Source: Camelus dromedarius (lineage: Eukaryota). Taken from it: 64,000 bases of DNA. The stretch is from NCBI RefSeq assembly GCF_036321535.1, contig NC_087436.1, forward strand, positions 7,440,001 through 7,504,000, given 5' to 3'. The notes under the pieces were generated by a model that saw only the letters and a list, made by a program, of their open reading frames with translations, was not told the origin of the DNA and did not search any database. The translations under genes and the position numbers were made by a program. Below, in pieces: positions 10,881 to 23,422 of the stretch. The stretch's first letter is position 1. Every line of letters begins with the position of its first letter.

Positions 10881-13370
10881 AGCACCAGGCCTTCAAAGCT
10901 GAGGCTTCTCATCCAGCCCGGGATCACCGCCACTTTGGAAATGTTCGGCCTCTTTCCTCCCAAACAGCCCGCCTTCAAAACCGGGGCTCCTGGGCCGGTA
11001 CCTGGCTCCCTTTCCCTCACCCGAGACTCCACTTCCTTCCAACCCACTTCCTCAGATCCTCCCTGGATTGGAGCCTGCTCACTTCTCTTCCAAATTAATT
11101 CCTGAACTCCCCAAATATTGACAGCTCTGACACCCCCCTCAACCGGGAGCCAGACTTCCTTTTGGGTTAACCTCCGTAGCACCATCGTGGAGGCTGTGTG
11201 TTTGGCAGTGGACGGGGTGGGCCTGTTGCTGGATGTGCTGACCGTGGTGTTGGACCTCAGCTTCCTGCTGGTGTCCTCCCTCCTGGCCTCCCTGGCCTGG
11301 CTCCTGGCCTTCATCTGCAACCTGCCACACACGGTGCTGACTGGCCTTCCGCACTTGCGCCGCGGAGCCTGGCTTTCACTGCTGGCCTTGATTGAAGCCG
11401 TGGCCCGGTTCACCTCTGGGGGCTGCAGGCCTTGTGTACCATACTGTACAGCTGCTATTCTGGTCTGGAGAGCTTAAAGCTCCTGGGGCACCTGGACTCT
11501 CACGGGGCGCTTAGGAGCCGGAGACCCTGCACCGGGGCATCCTCAACGTGGTCTCCAATGGTCATGCTTTGCTGCGGCAGGCCTGTGGCATCTGTGCCAT
11601 TACCATGAGCCTGGTGGCCTGTGTGATCAATAGCCTGGTCAATATCTGCCTCATTGGCACTCAGAACCTCTTCTCCCTGGTGCTGGCCCTGTGAGATGCA
11701 GTGACGGGGTCGCTGTGGAGGATGACAGATGTGGTGGCTGCCTTCCTAGCCCATATTTCCAGCAGTGCTGTGGCCATGTCCATCCTCCTCTGGCCCCCCG
11801 CCAACTAGTACTGGAGCTTCTGGCCTCAGCTGCCCGAGTCCTGGCCAGCTGTGTGCTTGTCAATCTCACTGGCCTAGCGCTGCTGGCTTGTGTGCTGGCA
11901 GTGACGGTGATTGTGTTGCACCCGGACCTCACCCTGAGGCTAGCCACCCAGGTCCTCAGTCAGCTCCACGCCCAGCCATCCTACCACCGACTTGGAGAGG
12001 ATGTTGTATGGCTATCTCATCTAGCACTAGGCCTGGAGGCCTGATGCCACATCTGGAGCCAAAGCCTGCAGCTGGTGAGCTGGCCAAACCGGGGATGGGC
12101 ACCTGGGGCCCCCCAGGGTGGTCCTAGGAGGGTGCCCTCAGCCAGGACCTGGCGACAGGACACTTTTCTTGAAGTAGGGCTCAGATCAGAGGTAGAAGAG
12201 AAGGCAGTCAGGATGGCCTGGGTGACAGCTGCCCGGGGCCGGGAGAGGCTCAGCGTGGAGGAGCCTGTAGCTGGGCAAGACCCATGGAAGTTGCTGAAGG
12301 AGCAAGAGAAGCGGAAGAAGTGCGTCATCTGCCAGGACCAGAGCGAGACGGTGCTGCTTCTGCCTTGTCAGCACCTGTGCCTGTGTCAGGCCTGTTCCGA
12401 AATCCTGAAGCGCCACCCTGTCTACCACCGCAACTGCCCACTCTGCCACCGGGGCATTCTGCAGACCCTCAGCGTCTACCTCTGAAGACTCCCTCCCTGT
12501 CCGCCTGCCCCGCCATGCTCCACACAGCCACCTGCGCGAGGACAGCTGTAACACCCGATCTCTGGGTCCCAGACCGAATCTCCTCTGGCCCTCTGCTGAA
12601 CCTGAAGCCATACATCCCGGACTGTGACTTGGATGGGGGCAGGGTAACAGCTTTTCCTTACCTGGCGGGTCCCCGTGATGCTGAGTGTGGTGAGTGTGTC
12701 TCACCACTCAGTGTGAGACTCTGGACTCCCCTTCAGCTTGCCAGGGCCCAGCCAGATGCAAGTGTCTGGGGCTCCTCTTCTCTGCTTTTGGTGTTTCTGT
12801 TGGGGATTTGTAGGTTCTCTCCCTGCTCCCTCCTCACTCCCTCCCCAGCTTCTGCAGCCATACATATCAGTGTCGTTTGCGTGTTTTGGCAACCCTAAGG
12901 CCTTGGGATGATCTTGAACGTCTGCTTCCAGCTGGAGCCGCTGGGCCCTGGCAGGCTTTGGGGGGTAGTATCTCAGGTGCCCTTAAAGCTACCACTTGTA
13001 GCTGTCATGATCTTATGAGGCCCCCTCCCGACCTGATCCAACAGCTGGGATCAAGAGTTAACCCCGGGGATGTGTGTGTGTGTTTGCACCTGGCTTTGGG
13101 ACCGTGTACCCTCTGGCACCCCAGCACCACTGGGAGCCTCAGGAGGGACAGCGGATTTCTGCTCATACACCTTTCACTCCACACATCACAGAGAAAAGCG
13201 GTGTTCCACTTCTGTTGGTCTCTCCTTGGCACTGGGGAAGGCAGACTGCACATTCCACTAGGGTCCAAAAACAGAAGGGGCCAGGGTGTAGGGGCATGCA
13301 GCTTCCTGAGGGGTCTGTCTGGCCCAGGTTCCAGGGAATAAAGTTCTGTTATAGCTCTAAAAAAAAGAGA
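10645..13370 (+). pseudogene. RNF26: Processed pseudogene (retrocopy) of E3 ubiquitin ligase RNF26, full-length with 5'UTR, CDS remnant 11187-12485 and 3'UTR
   Basis: Translates to (V)EAVCLAVDGVGLLLDVLTVVLDLSFLLVSSLLASLAWLLAF.. and ..QDPWKLLKEQEKRKKCVICQDQSETVLLLPCQHLCLCQACSEILKRHPVYHRNCPLCHRGILQTLSVYL*, matching RNF26 as recalled. Lesions: ATG>GTG at 11187; 1-nt deletions at ~11423, ~11520, ~11798; TGG>TGA at 11692 and 12042. AATAAA 13337-13342, A tail 13359-13370. Perfect TSD AAGAAATGTTAGTTA at 10630-10644 and 13371-13385. Confidence 0.96.
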
Positions 13371-13519
13371 AAGAAATGTTAGTTATGTTTTTATTAAATT
13401 ATACGAGAAAAGTAGAATCAGGAGGCCAATGGCTGGGGTTTGACTGGTTTTGTTTGTTCATTTGATATTTGTTCAGTTGGAGTTGAGGTCTAAATGACTT
13501 TTCTTTTTCTTAAACCTAA

Positions 13520-13568
13520 ATTTTTTTTTTTATTGAAGTATGGTCAGTTATAATGTGTCAATTTCCAG
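13520..13568 (-). mobile_element. Very short L1 3'-terminal fragment
   Basis: T tract followed by TATTGAAGTATGGTCAGTTATAATGTGTCAATTTC, the same terminus as the 4978 element. Confidence 0.7.
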
Positions 13569-13569
13569 A

Positions 13570-13730
13570 AATTGACTTTGAATCAGAGCTTGGGCTATAG
13601 ACTGAAAGGTGCCTTGGCTTTCTAGTAGCTGCAAAAGCCTTTGGGCAAGTTATATATCCTTCACTAAGTTTTAGTTTTGTCCTCTTGTAATATGGAAATA
13701 ATATAACAATCCCTACTTCAAAGAACTGTG
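13570..13730 (+). mobile_element. MIR fragment
   Basis: GACTTTGAATCAGAGCTTGGG..CTTTGGGCAAGTTATATATCCTTCACTAAGTTTTAGTTTTGTCCTCTTGTAATATGGAAATAAT resembles the MIR core. Confidence 0.65.
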
Positions 13731-13749
13731 TGGTGTTGGGGGCCACATT

Positions 13750-15560
13750 TCTATTTTCCTTCTTTTACTATTTACTCTCCTCTGGGAATCTCACCAATTC
13801 TCAGGGATTTTAATCCCGTCTTTAAGAAAATGACGATGTCTCTAACACATGCCTCTCTTTTGTGCTTTAGATGCGCATTTCTACTTCTAACTTATTCATT
13901 TCCACTTGTATGTCTCACAGATGTCTAAAACCTAACATACCTCAAATTTTTCCTTGTTTTCCATTCAAAGAAATTATCTTTGATTCTTCCTGAAACTGAG
14001 TTGCCCTAAAACTGAGTTCCCCTGCCGAGTTTATGATTAATTTCTTTATTCAAAACTTTACTCCCTTTCTTGTCCCACCCCTGTTCTTCTCAGGATTGAG
14101 AAGAATCAAGGAAAAGAAAGGACTGAAACCTAGCAGGACCCCGCAGAGCCCTCCCAGGTACAAAAGACCCTCAGTGGCCCCTGTTTCTTATTTGTAGAAA
14201 AGGTTTTAATCTCCTAGACCTTCCCTGAGTCCCAAAGAATAGATCCAAGCAGTTACTAATTAGGGAAGTGAGGGAACACAGAAACAATGGAAAAATAGTT
14301 AAGTAGGAAAAGTGATGAAAATAGTTCAGAGATAAAACAGAGTCCTGATTCCTCCTCAAGGGATACACATAACAATCTGATGCATAACTTTGAGTTGTTC
14401 TGCAGAAACTAAGACTCCCACCATATGGCAGAGGGTGACCACAAGCACATAGACCCCAGACTGGTTAGAACCAGAAGATGGATGATTAAGATTTCTGAAG
14501 CACCACCTTGTTACCTCATCACCAATCAATCAGAGGGAAGTCATGCCCCTTGCAGCTCTCACCCTCAAGTTTGCTTTTTAAAATGCTTTGCTGAAATCCA
14601 CCAGGTCCTTTGAGCACTAGCTGCCCATTCTTCTTGCTGGGCGCCCTGCAATAAATGCTGTACTTCCCTTCACTACCACCTGGTGTCAGTGGATTGGTTT
14701 TGCTGCATTGAGGGTGACTGGATCCAAGTTCAGTTTGGTAACATTCCCTCCCTTAACCCCCCAGCACTGAGCCATTAACAGTCCTGATTCTATTTCTAAA
14801 ATAAAACTTTATTCTCTCCTTTCACCTCCAGTGCCAGCTCCTTAGTCAAACCACAACCATCTTCTGCTTAGACTGCTCCCAGAGTTTACAATCTAGTTTG
14901 TCTTTTCCTATTCCTGTGTCCCTCTTACCCAGTCTCCACGTTATTGCAGCTGAGATATCTGTAGCTCCTGAACCGCACCACATTCTGCTTTGCATTCTGT
15001 AGTGGCCTCCACTGAATTTAATATAAAGTACATAATTGTTACTACGGCTCACAAGGCTCTTCATGATTTCCTGGTGCTTATCTTGTCAGATTTAGGTTAT
15101 GCTACACCTCTTCAAGCTTGCCACACACAAGCCAGACTGTGCTTCCTTCAGTTCTGTGACCACTCCATGCTTTCTGGACCTGGCTGTTTGGTATAGGGCG
15201 TGCCCTTTGCATGGCACCCACCTCTTGCCTCACACTTCAGTCTAGCTCTTTATATGGTTTCTCACGTTAGGCTTAGTTTAAAGATGTCTCCCTCCGAGGT
15301 CCTCCCTGATGATCCTACCTGAAGAAGATCTTCTTGTGGGATTCTCTTTATCTCTTGTGAATTTCTATGACAAAATTACTTTATTATTTATTAGTTTGCT
15401 TTCTTTTTGATTTGTATTCTCCATGAGAAGTTAAGCCAAGTGAGGACATAAATAGTACCCGACTAGGTACCGTCTAGTCTGGGACATCACTCTCTACCCA
15501 GTAACTAGCACAGTCCCTGGCAAATAGTTGACACTGAAAAAAATACATGTTGTTTGAGTA
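13750..15560 (-). mobile_element. Old L2 element, interrupted by the LTR at 13991-14743
   Basis: L2-like motifs (TTCCACTTGTATGTCTCACAGATGTCTAAAACCTAACAT; CCACAACCATCTTCTGCTTAGACT; CTAGCACAGTCCCTGGCAAATAGTTGACACT) continue across the LTR. Confidence 0.65.
13991..14743 (+). mobile_element. ERV1-type solo LTR
   Basis: TG...CA termini (TGAAAC..GGTAACA), 4-bp TSD TTCC at 13987-13990 and 14744-14747, AATAAA ~14650. Homologous to the element at ~56500-57191. Confidence 0.8.
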
Positions 15561-18500
15561 TATTTACTGAGAAGATGCATGGAAAGACGATACACAGTGT
15601 CTTATTTACATCAAGTGTTTAGTAACTGCTATCTGAAAGAACCTGAGTTCTTACCTCTAATCCTGGTTGTAGGATAAGTGAGTGCTGGGTCCTGTTAAAA
15701 CAATAGTAATTGACCTTGATGGTGTCTGTTTGTTTGTTTGTTTGTTTACTCTTTATAGTTTTTTGGTAAAGTTAATTTTTTTCTCTTATATAATTTCCTG
15801 CCAAGAACATTTGAATGATGATTATAAAATAGCAGTATAGTAATAGGAGGGTTGATGGTCTTCAAATACATGAACTGACAGTCTTTTGATTCCATAGGTC
15901 AATTGTTGACTAATTATAAACATCACCAATCATCCAGTTCAGTTATAATCATTAAAATGCCTTGTAATCATTAAAACTCAGAAAGAAATAAGAGAAAATA
16001 AAAGAAAAATGGGTGAAATCGTGTTTTAGGCCCTCTTAAAAAAAACCCAAACTCCGAACTGATGACATTTTGTTACGTCTAAGAAGGATGACTGAGTAGT
16101 CTCTGTGGAGAGGTTGAGGTGAGGTGGGAGGTAACATGCTGTCCTGTCTCCTCGGCCAAGTCCACACGGCTGATGTTTGTCAGGTTGGCATCTGTAGCTC
16201 CGTTCTGAGGATGGTGTAACTTGTGATGTGGTCTCTTTCAGTTTGGGCAAAGCTCCACCTCCCCTCCACCGTGGGCCTCCGTGAACTTCTGCTTCTATTT
16301 TCACTCAGTCCAAGCCTGGGTAGGGGTGCAGGCTTCTCCGATGCAGCCCTTGCTATAAAGCACTCTGCTTTCCTAAGATATACTCCATATCTGCCTCCTT
16401 CTGCTGATACTGCTGGATTTCATCCACCCAAAAGGAATCAGATGGTGGCCCCTTGGGTTGATTTAGAGCAGTGTCAAAGGGAATCTCTTTTCACATCTTA
16501 GACAGAAGGTTGGGATGGGTGTCAGTATGTAAATACCTCCCAAACCACGGAAGACATTTCCCTTTCACTGAAATGAAGCCCCAGGAGAGGACAGTTGGAC
16601 ACAGATATTTGGATATTTGTTTTTCCCTCTCTCCTTCTCTCTCTCACCAATAATCTCCTTGAAGCAAAGGGAGGTTTATTTTACTCACCCTATTTTGTAG
16701 GATAAAACAGTGGTCTTATTTTCCCAAGAATAAGAGACACTTTATTTTAGGAGAATATAGGATGACGTAAGTCTTCCAGGCCTAGTCTCTCCTAGGTTGC
16801 TAAGGGGGAGGAGATAAGTGCATCTGAAGAATCCTTTCTCAAAACAACCACCCAACACCCTAGTCTGTAAGGAAATTTCTTCCTGCAAAATTCAATTTTG
16901 TTTAACAGGCAAAATATTACCAAGTCTTCCCTCTGATCCCTTTATATTCTTTCTTGAAAAGTTCTAAATGGATGCCTTTGGTTGAAAGATCAGATACTCA
17001 TAAAGGTAATCATAAAGGCAAAAGAGATAATTACGTTCATAATTGCCTAAATATAGCCTCCTTATACCTGGCATTCACACTGAACACAGAGTTAGAAGGA
17101 ACAGGGGAAGATTTGATACAGATGTTAATTTAGTCAAGAGGAAAAAATATGAAAAAAAATAGTGATCTTAAAAGGTATTTTGAGATGCCTTTGAGTTCAG
17201 TTCACCTTATATGAATGATGCTGGGTTAACAGGTAACTAGTTTCTCAAGTTCAAGGGGCTGAATATGAATCTGTCTTCAGTGAGCAGCATAGCCTGCTCT
17301 GGTTGGCAATATTTAAATTCAAAAGTTGTTGTCTGCTCAATCTTCTCAACCTCAAATTCTCCTCCGCCTACCCTATACACATTCAATCACTTGTCCCTGA
17401 TTTTGCCTGATTTAGTGAGGAGCAAGGTCTATGTAAAGAAGTTGCTCAGTCAGCACTTAGGAAAAAGAGGCAAAATTTGTAGCGTTGGCTTTGCTGGAAG
17501 ATAAGCTGTAAGGAAAGGCTGCAGTTATTAAACTAAGATAGTGAGTGTTAGCTGCCTTTGCCAAGAAGTTTATTATAATAGGATGTGGATCTTGTTAATT
17601 AACTCAGTAAAAAGTACTAAATCTAGAAGATCTTCTCTGGAAAGTATAGAAGAGGTGATGTATATGCTCTAAAGAGTGCTATAAAATCGGCACCTTTTCA
17701 TTCAAAAATGAGTAGTGCCTACTACGTGCAGCATACTCTGCTGGTGGGCAAGAGAAATTGTGCATTCACACCACCTGGAGGCACCACGATGCAGTATTTC
17801 AACGACAAAGTCAAGATCTGGGTACAAAAGAGAATTTTTTTAAAAGCAATATCAAGACTTAATTACACAGTGCTTGAAATGTCTGACCTACTTTGAGGTC
17901 GTAAAATTATCAACAGTGGATATTGAGTAAGGGAGCTTTTGAAGACTGAAGATACTTTTTGGAGTAATGGTGGGGTGATGGTGGTGTATGTCTAAATCTG
18001 TGCTCCCAAAAAGAGCTTGATAGGTGTCTGCAGGTGCTGTGGGAGAGGATGGATGGGTGTCAGACAGTGGGCAGAGCAATCGCAAGGCAGGAGGCTGCCA
18101 CTACCAGTCTAAGGTAGGGAAGCAGACGGAGGGAGGGAGTCGGGCGGCTTCTGTAACTTCACCGTGGTCCAATTCTACATGTGTAAATTGAAAATAATGT
18201 CTGTTTTGAACAGTTGTTGTACGTTCTAGCAAGATTATCCATGTTGAGTATATAGCTGACTGCCTGACACTTAAAGGTATTCAAAATTTAAGGCTAATTA
18301 TTTATTAATATTAAAGTAACAATAATTGTTCTTATATTCGCAGTCCTTCTCGCCCTGCCCCAATTATCTAGGGCTGGAACCGGCAATGGGGTCCTGACAG
18401 CAGTGTCCGGTTTCTAGATGCTGTCCTTTCTCGGTCAAGCTAAATGGGCATAGACCCAACTGGCTGGATAAAGCATTCAGGGCTTTGTCTCATTATGTAT

Positions 18501-19670
18501 CGGAAAGTGATTCCTTACTTTTCTGTTTTTTGGCCGTAGTGTCCATGGGTGTGATGGCTGTGCTCTCTCTTGTGCATGATTCACTCTCTAACTTTTGATG
18601 GAGGGTCGAGCAGCCTCCCCTGTTGGGCACAGAGACCTCAGATGATTCAAAAGTCAAACTGATATGAGAGTTTGATTCCTTCACTCTGAGAACATGGTGA
18701 GAACCTTTTCTTCTAGGAATACAGGAGCATGTGTGACTTCTTTCCAAGGAGAGAAAGGACTGCATTGCTGAGTTCCTCTCGCTTTGGGCGCCAGGTGCTG
18801 GGTCAGTGAAGACACGCAGGCTCCGTGAGACACTTAAGCTGCAGCGTCTTTGGATTTTGCTCCTGTTAACAAGACCAGAACCAAAACCCAATGAAGATTT
18901 AGGGAAAGACCAGTAATTAAACTTTTTCTTTTCTCTTAGCTTGGCCAGTATTTTGGATTCTTTTAATCTAAAACAAACAAACAAACATAACAACAAAAAA
19001 AACCCCCAAACCTTTAGAATTGGTCCAAATTCCTTTTTTGTTTGATTTGGTTTGGTTTGGTTTGGTTGAGATGAGGGTAGGTGACTTAACTATTTATAGG
19101 CCAGCCTGCTCTCAAATCTGTCTCCAGAATGCAGTAAAAATAGAAATGATCATTTTTTTTGTCCTTTGTTGATAAACAAATTGGTTGAAAATATTCAATG
19201 ATTCCCAAGAAGGTGTATATTGTTACCGGCCCACATTCTGAACTCTTTGGGGTTAGATGGGCATCTGGATTCCGAATCTTAGAAAGGCAATAAAGCGCAT
19301 GTGTTACATATTACATAACCTCGCCAGCAGCGTCTAGGCAACAGCTTACAATCAAAGCTGTTTCTATTTCTGTTACACTTCTGTGAAATATGCAAACGGT
19401 CCAGCGAAGAGGGCTGAAATAAAACCAACAGAGCCTCCCGTCAGTTCAGCATGGGTTTTTGGTGCCAAATTTGGTTGGGTTATGTCAACTTCTGCTCGTG
19501 AATGAGTTATAAAAACACATTTAGATTTTACAATCTTTAGATTTTGGAATTTCACCTGAGGGGTTGCTAACCTTATAATCCTAACTAACCAGATTGTACT
19601 TGGAAGTGAAAGATAGTGATGGAAGGTTTTCATTTGTGCCCAAATTGTACAAGTGTTTGGAACAATCCCA

Positions 19671-19760
19671 CTCACACAAAAGGGAGACGTTTAACACCTG
19701 AAACTCGCACTGTCTATCAACTACACTTCAATAAGAAACAAAATTAAAAAAAAAAAATAC
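19671..19760 (+). mobile_element. Short L1 3'-terminal fragment
   Basis: ..CACCTGAAACT..CAACTACACTTCAATAAG plus A tail, flanked by CAATCCCA on both sides. Confidence 0.55.
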
Positions 19761-21226
19761 CAATCCCAAATAGAGTGTTTCCTAAAATATTTTGTTAAAT
19801 GACAAAAGAAAGGTGAAGGAATGTAATGTAGTGTGCTAGAAGGAAGAAAGAAGAAAATAATTATATATGCAGGAAATAGCTCCAGATAGTTCCGAGAGAC
19901 ACTGTGTGGCCGTGGGGGGGGGGGGGGGAGGGGAGGGGTGACCATCATTTCTTTTATCTTTTGATTTTTGAATCAAATTGATTCAAATTGACTTCAACTA
20001 TGTATTCAACTATTCAAGTTTACTTTAAGACTTTTGTAAAATGTGAGTTCAACTTCAAAACTGAACAAGGCATCAAATAATAGGTGATGTGAGGTGATGG
20101 AAATCGGTAAACAGGTGAGGTGCTGGGGGAATCCTTTCACAACGCATGTCAAGTCATCACATTGTGCACTTTTATAAAACTTATAATTTTTTTTGTCAAA
20201 TACACTTCAATTTTAAAAATTTAGTAAATAATATAAAAATAAAAATAATCTAATTTGCATATGAAAAATAAGGCACCACTTCATCTGTGGAATTAAAGCA
20301 TTCAGTGCTGATAGGTGTATTTTAGATATTGCTGGTGGGGGTATCTTTTGTTAATGAACTTTCTAGAAACTTATATAGTGTATATGTGAAGAACCTTTTA
20401 AACGTGCAGACCCTTTAACCTAGTAATTCCACTTCTAGGAATCTATCTTAAAAAATAATAAAAAGACAAGCCAAAGATGGATATGACAAGATGTTCAAAT
20501 TGTATAATTTATAATGAGGGAATTGTTAACAGCCTATATATTCAACAACAGTGAATTGGTTAAATAAAATAGGATACGTTCGTATAAAAAAGAGGACGTT
20601 TAGAGACATCATGGACTATCAGACTACACATTTCAGAATTTGGGCACCCAGGGTCCTCTGGGTGCCTTTGTACATTAGAAGAAAGTAAATCTTCAATCTC
20701 AGCAAGTTGCCAAATAAGCTCTTGACTTCTGATGCTCCTTCAAGTCTGCTGCCATCTGCCTAGCCACCCCACTGCAGTACACAGCGCCTGCGTCCAGCTA
20801 CTCCTCCGTCAAAAAAATAAAGCATTACAACGTTTCTTCTCCCTCACTCTGCTCCAATTTTGAATTCACCGTCCGTTCGTTTTTTTTTTTTTCAACCACA
20901 AAAGCAGATCTCAAATACAGTCCACACAGACACTGAAGTGTTTATTAACACTGTTCATCTTATGTCATTTCTTAATATGCTTTAATGGTTTTTCCACTGC
21001 GCTTAGAATATAAACCAAAATTCTTCCCAAGAAGTATAATTTCCTGGACCATCTGGCCCTTGCCTATCTCTCCAACATTATTTACACGGCTCTCTTCTAC
21101 TTGCTTGCTATTCCTGGGGAACTCAAAATGATTTCTCTTTTAAGGCAATGTCCTACAGTTGGTGTGCTTGTCACCTCCAACTCCTTGTCCATATCCTGTT
21201 CATCTTTGTTTAAATGCTATGAACTT

Positions 21227-21264
21227 CTTTCTAAAAAAAAGAGAAACATTACCCTGAAAAAAAA
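21227..21264 (+). mobile_element. 38-bp A-tailed retro-insertion with 15-bp TSD
   Basis: AAATGCTATGAACTT at 21212-21226 and 21265-21279 brackets CTTTCTAAAAAAAAGAGAAACATTACCCTGAAAAAAAA. Confidence 0.75.
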
Positions 21265-23422
21265 AAATGCTATGAACTTAGACTTTCCGGGAAGCTCACT
21301 CTTACTTTTTCACAGTACCCTGATCTTTCACTTCAATTTATCACACTTTGATTATATGCTTATTTCTGTGCTTTTTGGCTAATGTCTGTCTCTTCCATTG
21401 GACCCTAAGACCCACAGATTTTTGGGGTCATGACTATGAGCTCAGTACTTGTCAGAGAGGCTGCCACGGGGTAGGAGCTCAGACGTGTTGAATAAATGAG
21501 CACGTGAATAAATGAAGAGCTTAATTGGTAGTGACTAACAGCTCACAAAGCAGTCTCACACTCATTATCACATTTAATCCCCAATCAACCGTGAGGTCAG
21601 CAGGACGGGTATTAGCTCTAGGTTACAGATAAACAGGCCAAACTTGAAAAGATTCTGTGATTTGATTCAAATTGCATAAGGCTGAGAATAATGTCTTAGA
21701 TTTTGCAATTCTTTGCCCATTCTTTTTATTCTTTTCATCCAACCCACTCTATCCTATTTCTCACTGAAGTCTTTGGAAATGAAAGTGGATTTTCAAATGA
21801 TGCTTACAGGTTTCAATAGGAAAACTTTGTACAACAGAGTTGTAGATGGCTATGTTACATTCCCGGAATGAATCTTGCTCCTAATCATTTCTTTTACCAA
21901 CTGGGGCTCTGCAAAGTTTCCGGGGAAGGAGATAACACAAAGGCAACTTACCTGGAGACTCAGAAACATACTTATAATATGATAAAAGAGTACCTAAGAT
22001 ATACTTAACCTTTTATACAAGTATGTGCTGAAGGATTGAAAATCAAGTAAAAGGAATGAAAATCTGCCTATTATAAGTGAGGAGTACCTGATACTGAAGT
22101 GAGAAATAAATGCATTTTCATATTATTTGCATGAGAGATCTCACTGGCGCCTTCTTTGTTGACTAGGGAGTGTCCTCGAGGTCTCATGCATGCTAAAACC
22201 TTGTAGACACAAATGAAGAATACACAATTGCTCCAAAATAATTCTGAATGAGGGCATAGACAAATAGAGTTGCATTTCAATGGCAGAAGGTTATCCCAGG
22301 AGACCAACCTCTTCTTGAATTCGTGTTTCTTACCTAGAAAGTGAAAGCCTTGAGTAGATGTTTCATAAAGTAATTTCAGTTCCTAATGTTCTTGGATCCA
22401 AGAATTGGGAGGGAGCTGCCCTAATTGTGAAGTCTTTAATATAAAACAGGCAAAGTGGACCGACCTGTGCCTCAACCTAATACCATTCTGTTTTTAAAAT
22501 GTTCTCCAACAGGTGTGTCACGTGAAGGCAAAGTTCTGTTGTAGATTTTGACCATTCCAGGTCAGGCTGCCTTCAGATGAGATGGCTAGATCACCAAACA
22601 GCATCTCTCAAAGTTTCAGTTCAAATCCACTAAGTCCCAGAAATGCGCTGAGAGTAAGAGACACAGTGTGGGTCAAAGGTGAAGAAGCTATTGCCAAGGA
22701 AAGACTTAATTACAGTGTACTTCCAAATATATGCTCTCCTCATCAGGGAATGTAGAAATTAGTTTTCCAGGAATGTGCTCACGAGCTGTCCCGTGGGAAG
22801 AGAAGTCTGATGGGAGAATGGCTGTGGGGCTGTGGGGCTTGTTGTGACGTTTATTTGCTCCTGATTCAGGAAAGGGTGAAGGTACAATGGTTTAAGCAGC
22901 TGGGACCTGAAATCACAGAGATCTGGTTTTGAATTCTGGCTCTGGCGTCTACTTGTCTTTGTGGTCTTGGAAAAATACTATTTGGTTTATGTCTTAGTCT
23001 ATAAAAATTCTAGGAATTGCTCCTCCTATAAATGAGACAATGTATGTAATTACTTCCATCCTGAAATGATACCTTTTGTCAAATAGGTTGTTTCTTATTC
23101 GGGAAAATTACTTCCATCTCAATACAAATTATCCACACTCCCAGGGCATAGCTAAAATGAAAAGAGAGAGAGGACAAAAAAGAAATTCATTATTAGAACA
23201 GTTATCAAGAAATGTTTACTTTAAGCTCTGATTATTTGTAATTGATCTGACTAATAAGGGATGATAATGCATCATTTGAGATAATAAAGAACTGCTTTAA
23301 TTATAATAATCCCCCCTCCCTTTTTTTTTCTTTTCTATTTTGTTTACTTCAGTCCCAATTTCTGAGCATTTATGTGGAGTTTTTTTTCCCACCTAAGCCC
23401 AAGCTTTCTGGGGTTGCTCTTT

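Noticed and set aside
11187..12485. Functional RNF26 CDS
   Set aside because: Start codon lost, three frameshifts, two in-frame stops, and TSD plus A tail.
12186..13382. Several 100-200 aa ORFs over the retrocopy 3' region
   Set aside because: Alternative frames of the GC-rich RNF26 CDS and 3'UTR.
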